Source: the human T2T-CHM13v2.0 reference genome, Homo sapiens
Strand: one strand, 5' to 3'
Assembly (NCBI RefSeq): GCF_009914755.1
Contig: NC_060928.1
Length of the DNA: 64,000 bases
The translations under genes were made by a program, and so were the position numbers. Shown here piece after piece: positions 30,676 to 49,064 of the stretch (the stretch's first letter is position 1; every line of letters begins with the position of its first letter). The notes beneath the pieces are model-generated. The model saw only the letters and a program-made list of their open reading frames with translations. It did no database searches and was not told the DNA's origin.

Positions 30676-32699
30676 AGATTTTCAAGGCCAAATTCCGCCT
30701 TGTGGGATGGAGATGGTAATCTGTACCTTCAGTTTCTTGTGAGACAATGACTTTACAGTAATAAAATTTCCAGACACACAGGTGGGAGACTGAAGTGGTC
30801 TATCTATCATTATAACTCTTTGTATAGCAGCCACATAATTCCTTTGGGACTGAAATTTCTTGAAAGAAAGGACCATTTCTTACTTATCTTTGTATTCCTT
30901 GCCATTTCTTGCCTAGAGCAGGTGTTCTGAAAAGTTTTGCTAAATCGAATTGGAAATAGAGAACAAAGACCATTCTGTAATTAAATTATACTCCGACACA
31001 TCTGCTTCTATGTATGTAAAAAACAATTTAAAGATATTAGGATTAAGGGACTTTTTTTTTTTTTGCTTGGACATGCTTTCCGAATTAGAGCCAAACTTCG
31101 TAATTGTTGCTTTAAGCTTATAATTGTTCTCTTCTTTAACAAAATTATTTAAGTCTCCATCTGTGCAAGGAATAGTTCTGGGCACTTTCACATATGTTGC
31201 TATGTTTATTTAGTTACTTTCCATTCCCTTGTCAATAGTACTGGGCATTATTTTTATTTAATTATCACAGTTTCAATATTTAATTTATTAATATATATTA
31301 ATAGTCTAATACTTGGTACATTTGTTCCTCATACTGTCTCCTTAGTTGGATATTTTACACTCTTGATACAGAGAAGAAAATGAAACTGATAGGGAAAGAG
31401 ACTCATGCAATTCCCAGGGTACATACTAGGAAGGAAGCCAGAATGTTTTCTGACTCCAGGCACTATCTATGCCTTTTCTTCTGCTCTACAGCTTCATCCT
31501 TCCCTTCAACGCTCTACTAATCTTTTCAGCTGAAGCATCTTTATCTCTTTGGCAGCTAATCACTCCACTTCTTTCAATCTCAAAGGGACTGTTATGGTAG
31601 TGCTCTCTCTCCTCTCTCTGCCTCTTCTTTCTCTCTGTTCAAAGTGAGGTTTGTGGTGGGAATTCATGGATGGGTGGACAGTTGAGATGGAAGGACTATA
31701 AAGAGTTGACAATATCTACTTATCTGCAGCTTTGAGAAATTCTGAGTTGTGAGAGAATGTTTTGTAGAGAAACTGCACTTTAGAGAGTCTGTCATTAATT
31801 GCCTTTAAGTGCTTTGTTTCTTTCCTGGCTGCCTCTTTCTAAACTTGGTTTGATAAACCAACTTTACCAAATTATTTAGAATTTGTACTTATCATCCCAG
31901 TATTCTGGATGGTGGTGTTATAAATGTCAGAGTGCTGTGCATAGAGGCCCGGGTCCAGTCCCTTTGAATTCATATTATTTCCTGCTTTAGTCCTTTGCTA
32001 TTCAGAATGTAGTCTTTGGACCATCGGCATCATAATTTCTTGGACTTGTCAGAAATGCGGTTTACCAGTTCTCACCAGAGTCCTATTGAATTAGAATCTA
32101 CATTTGATTGAATGAGATCTCTTTGTTTCTAGTTAGTCTAGAGTAGCTTTTGCAGCAATCTTGGTTTGTTTTCTTAAAATCCTACTTCTGCTTTGCTTAA
32201 AATATGCATATACACATTTGAACTCAATTTTGATTATTTTTGTGAGGTTATTCTAATGTATTTTTCACTAGGCCTTTTTTGGGGGGGGAAGGGAGGTGCC
32301 GTTGGCCTTTGGGGATGTCATTCAATAATTTAAGTCAGTTACTTTTAGTTCTGCTAAAAATCTTTTGTGCATTTCCTTGAAGGCAAGAACCATATTTTAT
32401 TAAACCTTTGTGCCCACACAGTTCCTTTTATGTAAATGTTCAATAAGTTGAAAGCTGAATGAATTATGAATAAATGCTTGAATGAATGAATATACGGAAG
32501 AGGATGAATCTAGACGGTAAATTCCTGGAAGACTTGGACAATGTCTTATTCATCCTTGAATTGCTAATGCTTTGCAGAAAACCTACAAATAAAGCCTGTT
32601 GGTTAATTTGTAGTTGTTAGATGAGACGAGATTGTCTACTTATTCCTGGTATAAGACTCTAGAGAATAGAAACGAGAGAAAATGAAGTAAAATGGAGTG

Positions 32700-32836
32700 C
32701 TATGGTACAGTGCTAGGCACCTTCACGATTTTTACCTCAGCTAATCATCACAACATCCTGCAAACCGGGTGTTATTTTACAGAGGCGGAAACTGTAACAC
32801 GTTTACGCAGGTAGTGTCAGAGCCTAACAATTCGTG
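32700..32836 (-). mobile_element. MIR fragment at the upstream edge of the promoter
   Basis: Core TTATTTTACAGAGGCGGAAACTG and CTAATCATCACAAC. Confidence 0.6.
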
Positions 32837-33129
32837 GTTGTAATTCGCAGTATCATTGCGTGCCACAGTCCTGTTTCTGCAGAAATTGAGAGGTGGAAGA
32901 GAATGATCCTTTATATAGTAAAACGCACAATTCTCCGTGTCCCCCTTGTGCATCAGAGGCGCTGTGGCTCTGAAAGAATGAGCTTTCTTGCCTTTCAACC
33001 ATAGACAAGGCAGGAACAACGGTGTGAAAAGCGTCCTCCCCGCCCCGGTCTTTTTCCGCCGGCGGAACGCAGATGCTGTGGCCTTCAGGCGCTGAGGGGA
33101 CCAGAGAGGGACGGACACAAGGCTCGGCA

Positions 33130-33142
33130 GTTGCCTGGTAAC
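33130..33142. promoter_or_regulatory. RFX X-box motif GTTGCC-T-GGTAAC
   Basis: Matches GTNRCC(N0-3)RGYAAC, about 130 bp upstream of the ATG. Confidence 0.7.
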
Positions 33143-33270
33143 GCCCGCTGGAGGAGTCCCAGTGTAATAAGGTCCCGGAGAAGTGTCACTGGCCCTGAGT
33201 GGGACCCGGTAGCCCGTTCGCTCCGCGCCGGCGGCCTGTCCCCGCGGCTTGGCGGGCTAGGGCAGGGGAA

Positions 33271-33369
33271 ATGTTGCAGGAGGAGTCGGACCTCTCTCTC
33301 ATTATTGCCCAGATAGTCCAAAAGCTCAAGGGCTCCAATTTGTACTCTCAGCTGGAACGGCAGGCCTGG
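33271..33369 (+). CDS. TBC1D19: TBC1 domain family member 19, coding exon 1 (MLQEESDLSLIIAQIVQKLKGSNLYSQLERQAW)
   Basis: ATG inside the CpG island, consensus donor TGG|GTAAGT at 33370 (phase 0). Peptide recognised as the TBC1D19 N-terminus and continues in frame in exons 2-3. Confidence 0.92.
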
Positions 33370-33488
33370 GTAAGTGAGGCCGAGTGGGAAGGGATGCAGA
33401 CGGGCGGGGCCGCGGCGATGTCTCTTCTTCACCCTCCTCACCCAAGCCAGAGCTCGCCTCTGACCTCTCCAGCTCCGCTCTGGTGCTC

Positions 33489-33516
33489 AAAAAACAAACA
33501 GACAAAAACAAAAACA

Positions 33517-33549
<33 letters not shown>

Positions 33550-33550
33550 A
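33489..33550. repeat. (AAAAAC)n/(AAAAC)n STR
   Basis: Direct reading of the sequence. Confidence 0.9.
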
Positions 33551-34671
33551 CCCCACCTCCCTGTCCGGTGCAAGCTGTGCTGCCTCAGCCCCAGGCGTGG
33601 TTAATAGATTTTTAAAGAAGGGTGGGGCGCATCACACCTTTTTTTCAGACCAGAGAAACGCTTACTCATTTATCTATTCCTGTAGTCATTTACAGGGTCT
33701 AATTTTTTAAGCTGCTGGACTCACTGAAGGTAGCTTGGACCATGCCTTCCCTCACTTTTTCCGTCCTGTGGGTGGACTTGGGCCCCCAAGTACCTTTCTG
33801 CTTTCTCGTCAATGTATCACTTTCTTGCAGTTTACCCTCCCTGCAATTATTCCTCGTCTATCCGTCCACCACCTAGCATTTATTGGATATTTTATAACAT
33901 GCTAGGCACTGAGGATGCACAGATTGATTGAGATCCTTGCCTTTTTGTGACTCATATAAATGAAATCATACAGTTTGTACATTTTGTGCCTGCTTTCTGG
34001 CATTAACACAGTGCTTTTGAGATTCATCCATTTTGTTGATATTTCAGTAGTTCTGTTCCTTTTTATTGCTGAGTAATATTTCAGTGTTTGAATGTACAAT
34101 GGCTTGTTTATTCATCATTGTGTGAAGGGCATTGGGTTGCTTTCTGGTTTTAGAGATTATAAGTAAAGCTGATATATACATTCTAGTATACGATTTTGCT
34201 TGGATATTTGTTTCTTTTTTTCTTGGATAAATACCTAGGATTGGAATTGCTGACTTGTATGGTAAGTGTAATGTTTCATTCTATGAGAAACTGTCACACT
34301 TTTCCAAAGTGGCTGTATCATTTTCCATTCCCACAAGCAATTCTGAGAGTTCCAATTGTTTTGCGTCCTTGATAGCGCTTGATGCTGCCAGTCTTTTATT
34401 TATTTTTATTAATTAATTATACTTCTCTAGTAGAAGTGTAATAGTATCTTATTGTAGCTTTTATTGCATTTCCCTAATGACTAATGATATTAAGCATTTT
34501 CTTATGTGCTTATATCTTTTTTGGTGAGGTAGTCTTCAAATCTTCTGCCCATTAAAAAAAAAATAGTGTTGTCTTCTTATTGTTGAGTTGTAAGGATTCT
34601 TTCTATATGATGTAAGTCTTTATCAGATGTGCGTCTTGCAAATATTTTCTCCCAGTCTGTGGATTATCTTT

Positions 34672-34961
34672 TTTTTTTGAGACGGAGTCTTCCTCTGTCA
34701 CCCTGGCTGGAGTGCAGTGGTGTGATCTCGGCTCACTACAACCTCTGCCTCCCAGGTTCAAGTGATCCTCCCACCTTCGCCTCCTGAATAGCTGGGATTA
34801 CAGGCATCCACCACCATGCCCAGCTAATTTTTTATGTTTCCAGTAGAGATGGGGTTTCACCATGTTGGCCAGGCTGGTCTTGAACTCCTGATCTCAAGTG
34901 ATCTGCCTGCCTCAGGCTCCCAAAGTGCTGGGATTACAGACGTGAGCCACCACACCCTGCC
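34672..34961 (-). mobile_element. AluS
   Basis: TSD CAGTCTGTGGATTATCTTT at 34653-34671 and 34962-34980. Confidence 0.93.
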
Positions 34962-36360
34962 CAGTCTGTGGATTATCTTTTCATTTTCTCAACTGGGTCT
35001 TTGAAAGAGAAAAATGCTTAATTTTGGTGACATAAATTTTTATCAATTGTTTTATGATTTGTGCTTTTTGTTCCCTACCTAAAAGTGTTTGCCTAACTCA
35101 AGGTCTTAAAAAAGTTTCTACTATGTTTGTTTGTTCTAGAAGTTTTATAGTTTTAGCTTCTACATTTAGGTCTGTGATCCTAAATGTAGAAGTGTGATCC
35201 ATTTGAGTTAATTATTGTATATGGTGCAAGGTAAGCTTTTTTTTTTTTTTTTTTGCATATGGATATCCAGTATTTCCATTACTGATTTGCTGAAAAACCT
35301 ATCCTTTCTCTGCTAATTTCCTTGGCACCTTTGTCGAAAATCAATTACACACACACACACAAAATTTCTGGCTCTCTATTTTGTTCCATTGATCTATTTG
35401 TTCATCATACAATACCACACTGTCTTGCTTTTTGTAACTTTATAGTAAGCCTTGAGATCAAAGTCCTCCAAATTTGTTCCTTTTTTTCCCAAAATTATTT
35501 TGGCTATTCTAGGTCCTTTGCTTTGCTATATAAATTTTAGAATCCTCTTATAAATTACTACAAAAATTGTTGAAAATTGGATTGGGATTATGTTGAATCT
35601 GTAGATCAATTTGGGGAGAATCGAGATTTTTAGCAATATTAAATTTTCTGGCCCATGGACACAGTTTATCTTTTCATTTATTTATGTTGTTTTTATTTTC
35701 TCTTGTCAGTGTTTTGTAGTTTCAGCACACAAATATTGCATACTCTTTGTTGAGATTTTCCCCTTAAGTATTTTGTGGTTTTTGACGCTATTATAAATGG
35801 TGACTTAAGTTTTAATTTTTTATTTTTAACATACAGAAATGCAATTGATATTAATCTATTTACCATGTATTCTGAGAACTTGCTAAACTTATATATTGGT
35901 TATAGTACCTTTTCTGTAGATTACTTAAGATTTTCCAGGTACATGTATCATAATGAACTAAAGACAGTTTTACTTCTTCCTTTCCAATCCGTGTGCCTTT
36001 TATTTCTTTTTCTTGACTTACTGTACTGGATAATGCCTCCAGTGCAATGTTTTGCAGATGCTTTTTTGCAGGTTGAGGAAGCTCTATTCTATCCCTAGTT
36101 TTCTGAGAGTTTTATCATGAATGGATGTTGAACTTTGTTAAGTACTTTTTTATATCTGTAGATATGTTCATATTATTTTTCCTGCTCATGTTGATATGAT
36201 GAATAATACTGATTGGCTTTGAATGTTGCACCAATTTTGTATTCCTGAGATAAATTCCACTTGGTTATGATGCATTATTCTTTTTATATATTTCTTGACT
36301 CAATTTGCTAACATTTTGCTGAAGATTTTGTAACTGTATTTATGAAAGATACTGGTTTGT

Positions 36361-36769
<409 letters not shown>

Positions 36770-37053
36770 TTATGTAGAATTAATATTATTTGCTCCTTAA
36801 ATATTTGGTAGAGTTCCCAGCAAAGTCACTGGTGCCTAGAGTTTTCTTTATGGACACATTTTTAATTAAAAAAATTCAATTAAAAATATATGCAGGCCAT
36901 TCAGGTTATCTATTTCTTCTTCTGTAAGCTTTTGTAGTTTTTATGTTTCAAGAAGTTGCCGCACTTAATTTATTTTAACGAATTTACTGGTATAAAATTG
37001 TTTATATGATCCCCTTATATTCCTTTTAGTGTCTGTAGGATTTGTAGTGATAG

Positions 37054-37388
<335 letters not shown>

Positions 37389-38096
37389 ATGTGTTCTTTT
37401 TCCCTAATTAATCTGGCTAGAGATTTATCAATTATATCAATACTTTCAAAGAAGTAGCTCTTGGTTTGATTGTTTTTCTGTTTCAATCGCTCTGATTTTT
37501 TTCCTTTATTATTTTTTTCTGCTTGCTTTGGATTTAATTTGCATTTTTAAAGCTATTTAGGTGAAATTTAAATTTTTGATTTGAGACCTTTATTCTCTTC
37601 TAATTAAATGCTCTAAATTTCTTTCTATGTACTGGTTTATCTGTGTCTATAAATTAGGATATAGTCTATTGCCATTTTCACCCAATTAAAATTTAAAAAA
37701 ATTCTCTTGTGATTTTATGGGTTCTAATAACCCATGGGTTATTTATAAATGTGTTGTTTACCACTATCTTTCTCTGATTGATTTCTAGTTTAATTCTCTT
37801 ATGGTCAAGAATAAAATATGTATGATTTTAGCTGTTTACTTACTTTTATGATCCAGAATATGTTTTATCTTGTTTGTTTCATATGTACTTGAAAAGCATG
37901 CTTATTCTGCTGTTTCTGTTCCATAATTGTCAATTAGGTCTAGTAGACAATTTTGTTTCAGTATTCTATATCCTTACTGAGTGTAGGGGCTTCAGTCAAT
38001 ATAGACAAGGATCAAGCTGGGTTTGGGTTTTGTTATTGTTGTCATTACCTTCAGTATATCACAGGCTTCAGATTCCTTTGAAACTAGAGGTAGTTA

Positions 38097-38420
<324 letters not shown>

Positions 38421-39858
38421 CTACAGGGTTTTTCTCATTGTTTCTACTACATCCTTGACTTTCTTCTGTCTCCTTGCCTGTTCCTCAGGGGGAGATCTCT
38501 CTTTGTGCTCTTGTCCCCAGCAGAAGTCTGTTGTTTGTTATTCAGTCCTGGGCTCACAGTAGGTGCAGGAGTCATCTGTTTTTCTGACTCAGTCCATGTG
38601 CTTTATCCTTGGATGTGGAGCTTTCCCAGCTTTGGCATGTTCCATCCCCTTATCCCTTTGGCAGCCCAGTTCTGCCTTGTGTCTGTGGTATTGAGTGAAA
38701 GACCCATACCTGCCCTGCCCTAGTGCTAATTTACCTCTGCTTTGTATTGTTGTAGGATCCTGGGCCCAAGAGAGTTTTCTTATTTTCCTATGAGGTTGAG
38801 GGTTTTTGTATCTATCCCACCCCCAAAAGCAGTGAATTACTGCCTTGTCTTCAGAATGGGAGGGTTTCTGAACCTTCCCCAGTGTTTTTAGTCCTTTGCT
38901 TCAGATGAGAGGAGAGTTTGGCCAAGGTAGCAGTTTTATGCTTGTCCTGCAGTGGCAGCCTATCTCGTTTTGCACACCTGTGCCACCAGAGTGCTCTTTG
39001 TAGATTTCTGCTCTCAGTCTTTTGTATGGGCACCTGGCATAGACCTATGGAAAAGACTATGCAAATGTGTGTGAATTCCCCTTGCATTTTGGGTTCCAAA
39101 ATTATTCCAAACCGACACACTAGCCTACATCTTGTCTATGATAGTTAACATTTTAGTTCATTTCTTACTGTCTTGTATGGTAGCTTCCTTTTCCTCCTGT
39201 GCTCTGCCAAAGGTGAAGTAGTTTAGAATCTCATTTGTCCTTGAAGGAGCTTGTTACTACTTGGAATTTAATTCACTTGGTTGTCTTATAGCTTCAGTTT
39301 ACTGATGGGTTCAGAATGTATGATTTTTGAATATTGTACTGTTTTTCTTATTTGGCTGGGGGTGACATTCTTTTATAGTGGCTTTCTACAGTGGAGCTAA
39401 CAGAACTCCAAGAATTAGGGTATAAATATTGCTATAATGTCGTGAGAATGATTGGTATGTAATTTTCCTTCCTTGTAACCATCTTTGTCACGTTTTATAT
39501 CAAGGTTATGCTGGCCTCATAAAATGAGTAGGGAAGTGCTGCCTCCCTTTTAAAATTTTATTTGCCATAAGAGTGTTATGAGATTTGTTATTTTTTAAAT
39601 GTTTGGAAGAATTCTTCAATGAAGCCTGTGTCTGCAGTTTTCTATTTGAGAATATTTTTAAATTAATAGACTTTAGATTTACAGAAAAATTGATCAGAAA
39701 GTAGTTTCCATTTATCCCTCTCCTTTGCACAATTTTCATCTATTATTAACATCTTGCATTAGTGTGGTACATTTGTTTCAGTTGAACTAATATTGATACG
39801 TTATTATTAACTAAAGTTCATGGTTTACATTAAGGTTCACTCTTTGTCTTGCAGGTCT

Positions 39859-39859
<1 letters not shown>

Positions 39860-39900
<41 letters not shown>

Positions 39901-40022
39901 TGAGTCAGTGTCTTGCTATGTTTGTCTCGCTAGGCTGGTCTCAAGCTCCTGGGCTCAAGGGATCCTCCTGACTCAGTCTCCTAAGTAGCTGGAATTCCAG
40001 GTGTTCACCCATGTACATGGCT
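39860..40022 (-). mobile_element. FLAM-like Alu monomer with T40 tail
   Basis: Pure T run at 39860-39899 followed by a diverged monomer. Confidence 0.75.
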
Positions 40023-40446
40023 ACTGTGGGTTTTGACAAATACATGGTGTCCTGTATTTATGTATTCACAATTCCAGTATCATACAGAATAGTTTCAGTA
40101 TTCTAAAAATCCCCTGTGGCTTACCTGCTCATTCCTCCCTTCCCCCGAGACTCCGGCAACCACTTTTTACTGTCTCTATAGTTTTGCTTTTAAGAATGTC
40201 ATATAGTTGGAATTATGTGGTATGTAGTTATTTTACTGGTGTCTTTCACTTAGCAATATTCATTTAATGTTCCTCTCTGTCTTTTTGTGGCTTGATAGCT
40301 GATTTTTTTTTCTGTTTAGTAATATTTTATTGTATAGATGTACCACAGTTTGTTTATGCATTCACCTGTTGATAGACATCTTGGTTGCATACAAATTTTA
40401 GCACTTATGAATAAAACTGCTATAGGGAGCTGAGATCGCACCACTG

Positions 40447-43901
<3,455 letters not shown>

Positions 43902-45014
43902 ACTGCACTCCAGCCTGGCGAAAGAGTGAGACTCCGTCTCAAAAACAACAACAACGAAAACCTGGTATAAACCTTCATGTGTAGGTTTTTCTGTGGACAT
44001 AAATCTTCAGCCATGTTAGGTAAATACCAAAGAGTGAAATTGATAGATTGCGTGGTAAGAGAGTGGTTAACCATCAGAAACTGACAACCTGTCTTCCAAT
44101 GAGGCTGTGCCATTTTGCATTCCCACCAGCAAGAAATGAGAGTGCTGGTTGCTCCACATCCTCCCCAGCATTTGGTGCTATCACTGTTTTGGATTTTAGC
44201 CATCTTAATGTGTGTTGTGATATCTTATTATTTTAATTTGCAATTCCCTAATGACATATGATATTAAGTATCCTTTTATGTTTATTTGCCATCTGTGTGT
44301 CTTCTTTAGTCAGGTGTCTTTTCAGATCTTTTGCCCATTTTTTAATTGGGTTGTTTTCTTATTGTTGAGTTTTAAGAATTTTTTGTATACTTGGGTAGAA
44401 TTGTTTTGCAAATATTTTCTTCCAATCTGTGGCTAGTCTTTTTATTTTCTTCAATATCTTTCTAAGAGCAGAAATTTTTAATTTTAATGAAGTCTGATTG
44501 ATCAATTGTTTTCTTTTATGGATTGTGCATTTGGTATTGTGTCTAGAAATTAATAGCTAAACCCTAAGGTCATCTAGATTTTCTCCTATGTTGTCTTCTA
44601 GATGTCTTATATTTCTATGTGTTATATTTAGGTCTATGCTTCATTTGGAGTTAATTTTTGTGAAAGGTCTAAGGTCTGTTTCTAGATTCCATCTCTTGTC
44701 CCCCCACTCCCACCACCCACCCTCTCTTTCTCTTCCTCCCCCCTCCTTTGCATGTGGATGTTCCAGTACCATTTCCTGAAAAGACTGTCTTTCATCCTTG
44801 TATTGCCTTTACTCATTTGTCAAAAATGAGTTGGTGATGTTTATGTGGATCTATTTCTAGGTCTCTATTCTGTTCTGTTGATCTATTTGTCCATTCTTTC
44901 ACCAATACCACACTGGCTTGATTGCATACCTTTATAAGTCTTGAAGTTGGTGGTGTGAATTCTCCAACTTTGTTGTACTTCAGTATTGTGTTAGCAAGAT
45001 TTTTAATACAGATT

Positions 45015-45327
<313 letters not shown>

Positions 45328-45523
45328 CATACAGATTGCATTTTGATAGATATAGAAGTATTTGGATTTTCTATGCTTCTGTTGTCTGTTCTGATAGGTT
45401 GCATTTTTCAAGGAATTTGTTTTTATTTAAATTGTATAAATTATTGGCCTAAAGTTGTTTATAGTAAACCTCTATTTCTTGTTAATGTCTGAAAAAATCT
45501 GTTACCATTTCTGATAATGGTAA

Positions 45524-45526
<3 letters not shown>

Positions 45527-45567
<41 letters not shown>
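45527..45567. repeat. (TG)n(GA)n microsatellite
   Basis: Direct reading of the sequence. Confidence 0.93.
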
Positions 45568-46595
45568 TGTGTTTGAACAATTTTGCTAGGGGCTTATTAA
45601 TTTTATTAGTCTCATCAATGAACCAGTTTTGGGGTTTACTAATTTTCTCTTAATTTCAGATCAGTTCTTTATTATTACTTTCCTCCTGTTTTTTTTTTTT
45701 TTTGAGATTGATTTGCTGTTCTTTTTCTAGTTTCTTAAAATGGAAGCTTGTGCCATACACTTGAAGTCTTTCCTCTTTTATAAAACATGCATGCAAGGTT
45801 ATAATTTTTCTTCTGAGCACTGCTTTGACTGCATTCCACAGTCCTAATGAGACATATTTTTATTATCCTTTTGTTTAAAATGTTTTCTAATATCTTCTAC
45901 AATTTTTCTAATATTTAACTCAAGGGCTATTTTGAAGTATATTGCTTAATTTCCAAGCAATTGAGATACTTTAAAAGATATTTTTGTTATTGATTTCTAG
46001 GCTGAAGCTTGCTTTGCTGATTTGCTTGATTTGCTAAGGCTTGCTTTATAGCCCAGAATATACTCAGTTTTGCTGAATGTTCCGTGTGACCTCATAAAGA
46101 ATGTTTATATTGCCATTGTTGGATTAGATTACCTATATGTGTCACTGAGGCCAAGTTGGAAATTATGCTGTTCAGCTCTTCTATAATCTTATTGGATTTT
46201 TTTGTTTGTTCCATCAGCTATTAAAATAAATATGTTAAAATCTCCCACCATGATTATGTATTAGTCTATTTCTCTTTTTAATTCTTTCAGATTTTTGCTT
46301 ATGTATTTAAAGGCTATTTTTAGTGGTTATATACAGATTGATCTTATGATATTTTCCTGTTGGTTTAACCTCTTAATCGTTCTGAAGTATCTCTCTTTAT
46401 CTCTAGTGAGGCTCTTGCCTTAAAGTCCATTTTGTATGGTGTTATTATAGCTGCATTAGGTTTCTTTTGGTTAGCAGTTGCATGGTATGGCTTTTTCTAT
46501 CCTTTTATTTTCACCTTCTTTGTGACTGTATTTAATGTATATCTTGTAAAGACGTCATATAGTTTTCTTAAAAATCCAGACTGACAGCTAGAGTC

Positions 46596-46735
46596 TTTTT
46601 TTTTTTTTTTTTTTTTAGTAGAGACGGGGTTTCACCATGTTGGCCAGGCAGTCTGGAACTCCTGATCTCAGGTGATCCTCCCGCCTCAGCCTCCCAAAGT
46701 GCTGGGATTGCAGGCGTGAGCCACTGCGCCTGGCC
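46596..46735 (-). mobile_element. Alu left monomer only (AluS-like)
   Basis: Poly-T followed directly by AGTAGAGACGGGG...TGGCC. The right monomer is absent. Confidence 0.85.
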
Positions 46736-47258
46736 TTTGTATTTTTTTAAATAGTCTTTTAATTGTATAGTCTATTTACATTTAATGAATGTACTGATCT
46801 ATATGGTTTTATAACTCACATCTATATGGTTTTATAACTCACATTAATGTTTGTTTCTTATTTGATATACTTCATATTCTGTTTTCTCTCATTTTTGCAT
46901 TCTTTTGGGTTATTCAAATTCTTTATTATGTTTTCCTCTTCATTAGCTTGTTGTACTGTTCTTTAGGTAGCTACACTAGAGTTACAGCACTTATTCTTGA
47001 TTAATTATAGTTTTATATAAATTATTACTTTCACTATTTTCCTGTAATATAATGCTAGAACTTAGAACAATGTACTCACCCCTTTCTTTGTGTGTTATTT
47101 TGCCATGCATTTTAAATCTGTATATATTTTACATTTCATAAGACATTGCTATTTATCATATTGCAGCATTAATATTTAGTCAATATTATTCATTCTTAAC
47201 CATATTTTAATCGTTTTTGCTCTCATGAAGAGATGATAGTATTACAAATAAGTATATA

Positions 47259-47898
<640 letters not shown>

Positions 47899-48700
47899 TA
47901 CATATAACATCAGGAGGTGAATCCTTGAAGTAATAGAAAGTTGGGCAAGGATAGAAAGAAATAGAATAGAAAGAAAAAATAGAAAAAATAGAAAATTAGA
48001 AAGTTAGAAAATAGACAAAATAGAAAGTTGGGCAAGAATAGAAAGAAGGATAAAGCAGGAGTCAGGCGATGATTACACAAGAAACTCAAAAAAGTATTTG
48101 GCTGGTTCTTAAGATAAAATAACATCTATATTATATATATGTATATTTGTAAAATCAATGTAGATTTATTAGACAGATCTATAATATTATAGATTCATAC
48201 TTTAAAAGAATATGATTATGTATCTTTAAAAATAATCTTGGACTTGTAAGAGAATCTGTGATACCAACTTTGCCTTAGTTTATATCCATTAGCACTGACA
48301 TTTAATAGAAATAACTCTTTAAAGGCAACTTTACAATCTGCTTTAATAATATACTTTTAAACAACTGGTGGTTTGTTACAAGCCTTTTAAAATTTAATCA
48401 AGAGGGCATTTTCCTGCCACCAGCATCTTCTGTACTGCCTTCGTTTTATCTGTTTGGGTATATCCAGAAAGTGCTAGAGCAGTGTTGGCCCAACTTAGTT
48501 GGAAATATAAAATCACACAGAATATTTCACAGCCAAATATAAGTGATTTTTAGATTTCCCCACCCCCCACCATTAGCTCTTCTCTTAAACGTTGACTGTA
48601 TTTTAATATATCCCTTTATGTGTTGAAGTTTGTTAAAGAGAGTGTGGAATTTTGTGTTCTCTAGAAAAGGGCTATGTTTTTCGTTTTCTGAGTTACTTTA

Positions 48701-49064
<364 letters not shown>

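Larger units (their letters stand above)
33000..33640 (+). promoter_or_regulatory. TBC1D19: CpG-island promoter / first-exon region of TBC1D19
   Basis: The only CpG-dense non-Alu stretch in the window. GC box CCCCGCCCC at 33038-33046. It surrounds the coding ATG. The TSS cannot be determined from sequence. Confidence 0.88.

Noticed and set aside
33199-33270. N-terminal extension from an upstream in-frame GTG
   Set aside because: Near-cognate codon in weak context (T at -3), with no supporting evidence.
32777-33441. Antisense ORFs over the promoter (divergent gene)
   Set aside because: These are the stop-poor frames expected in a CpG island, with no recognisable protein or exon structure.
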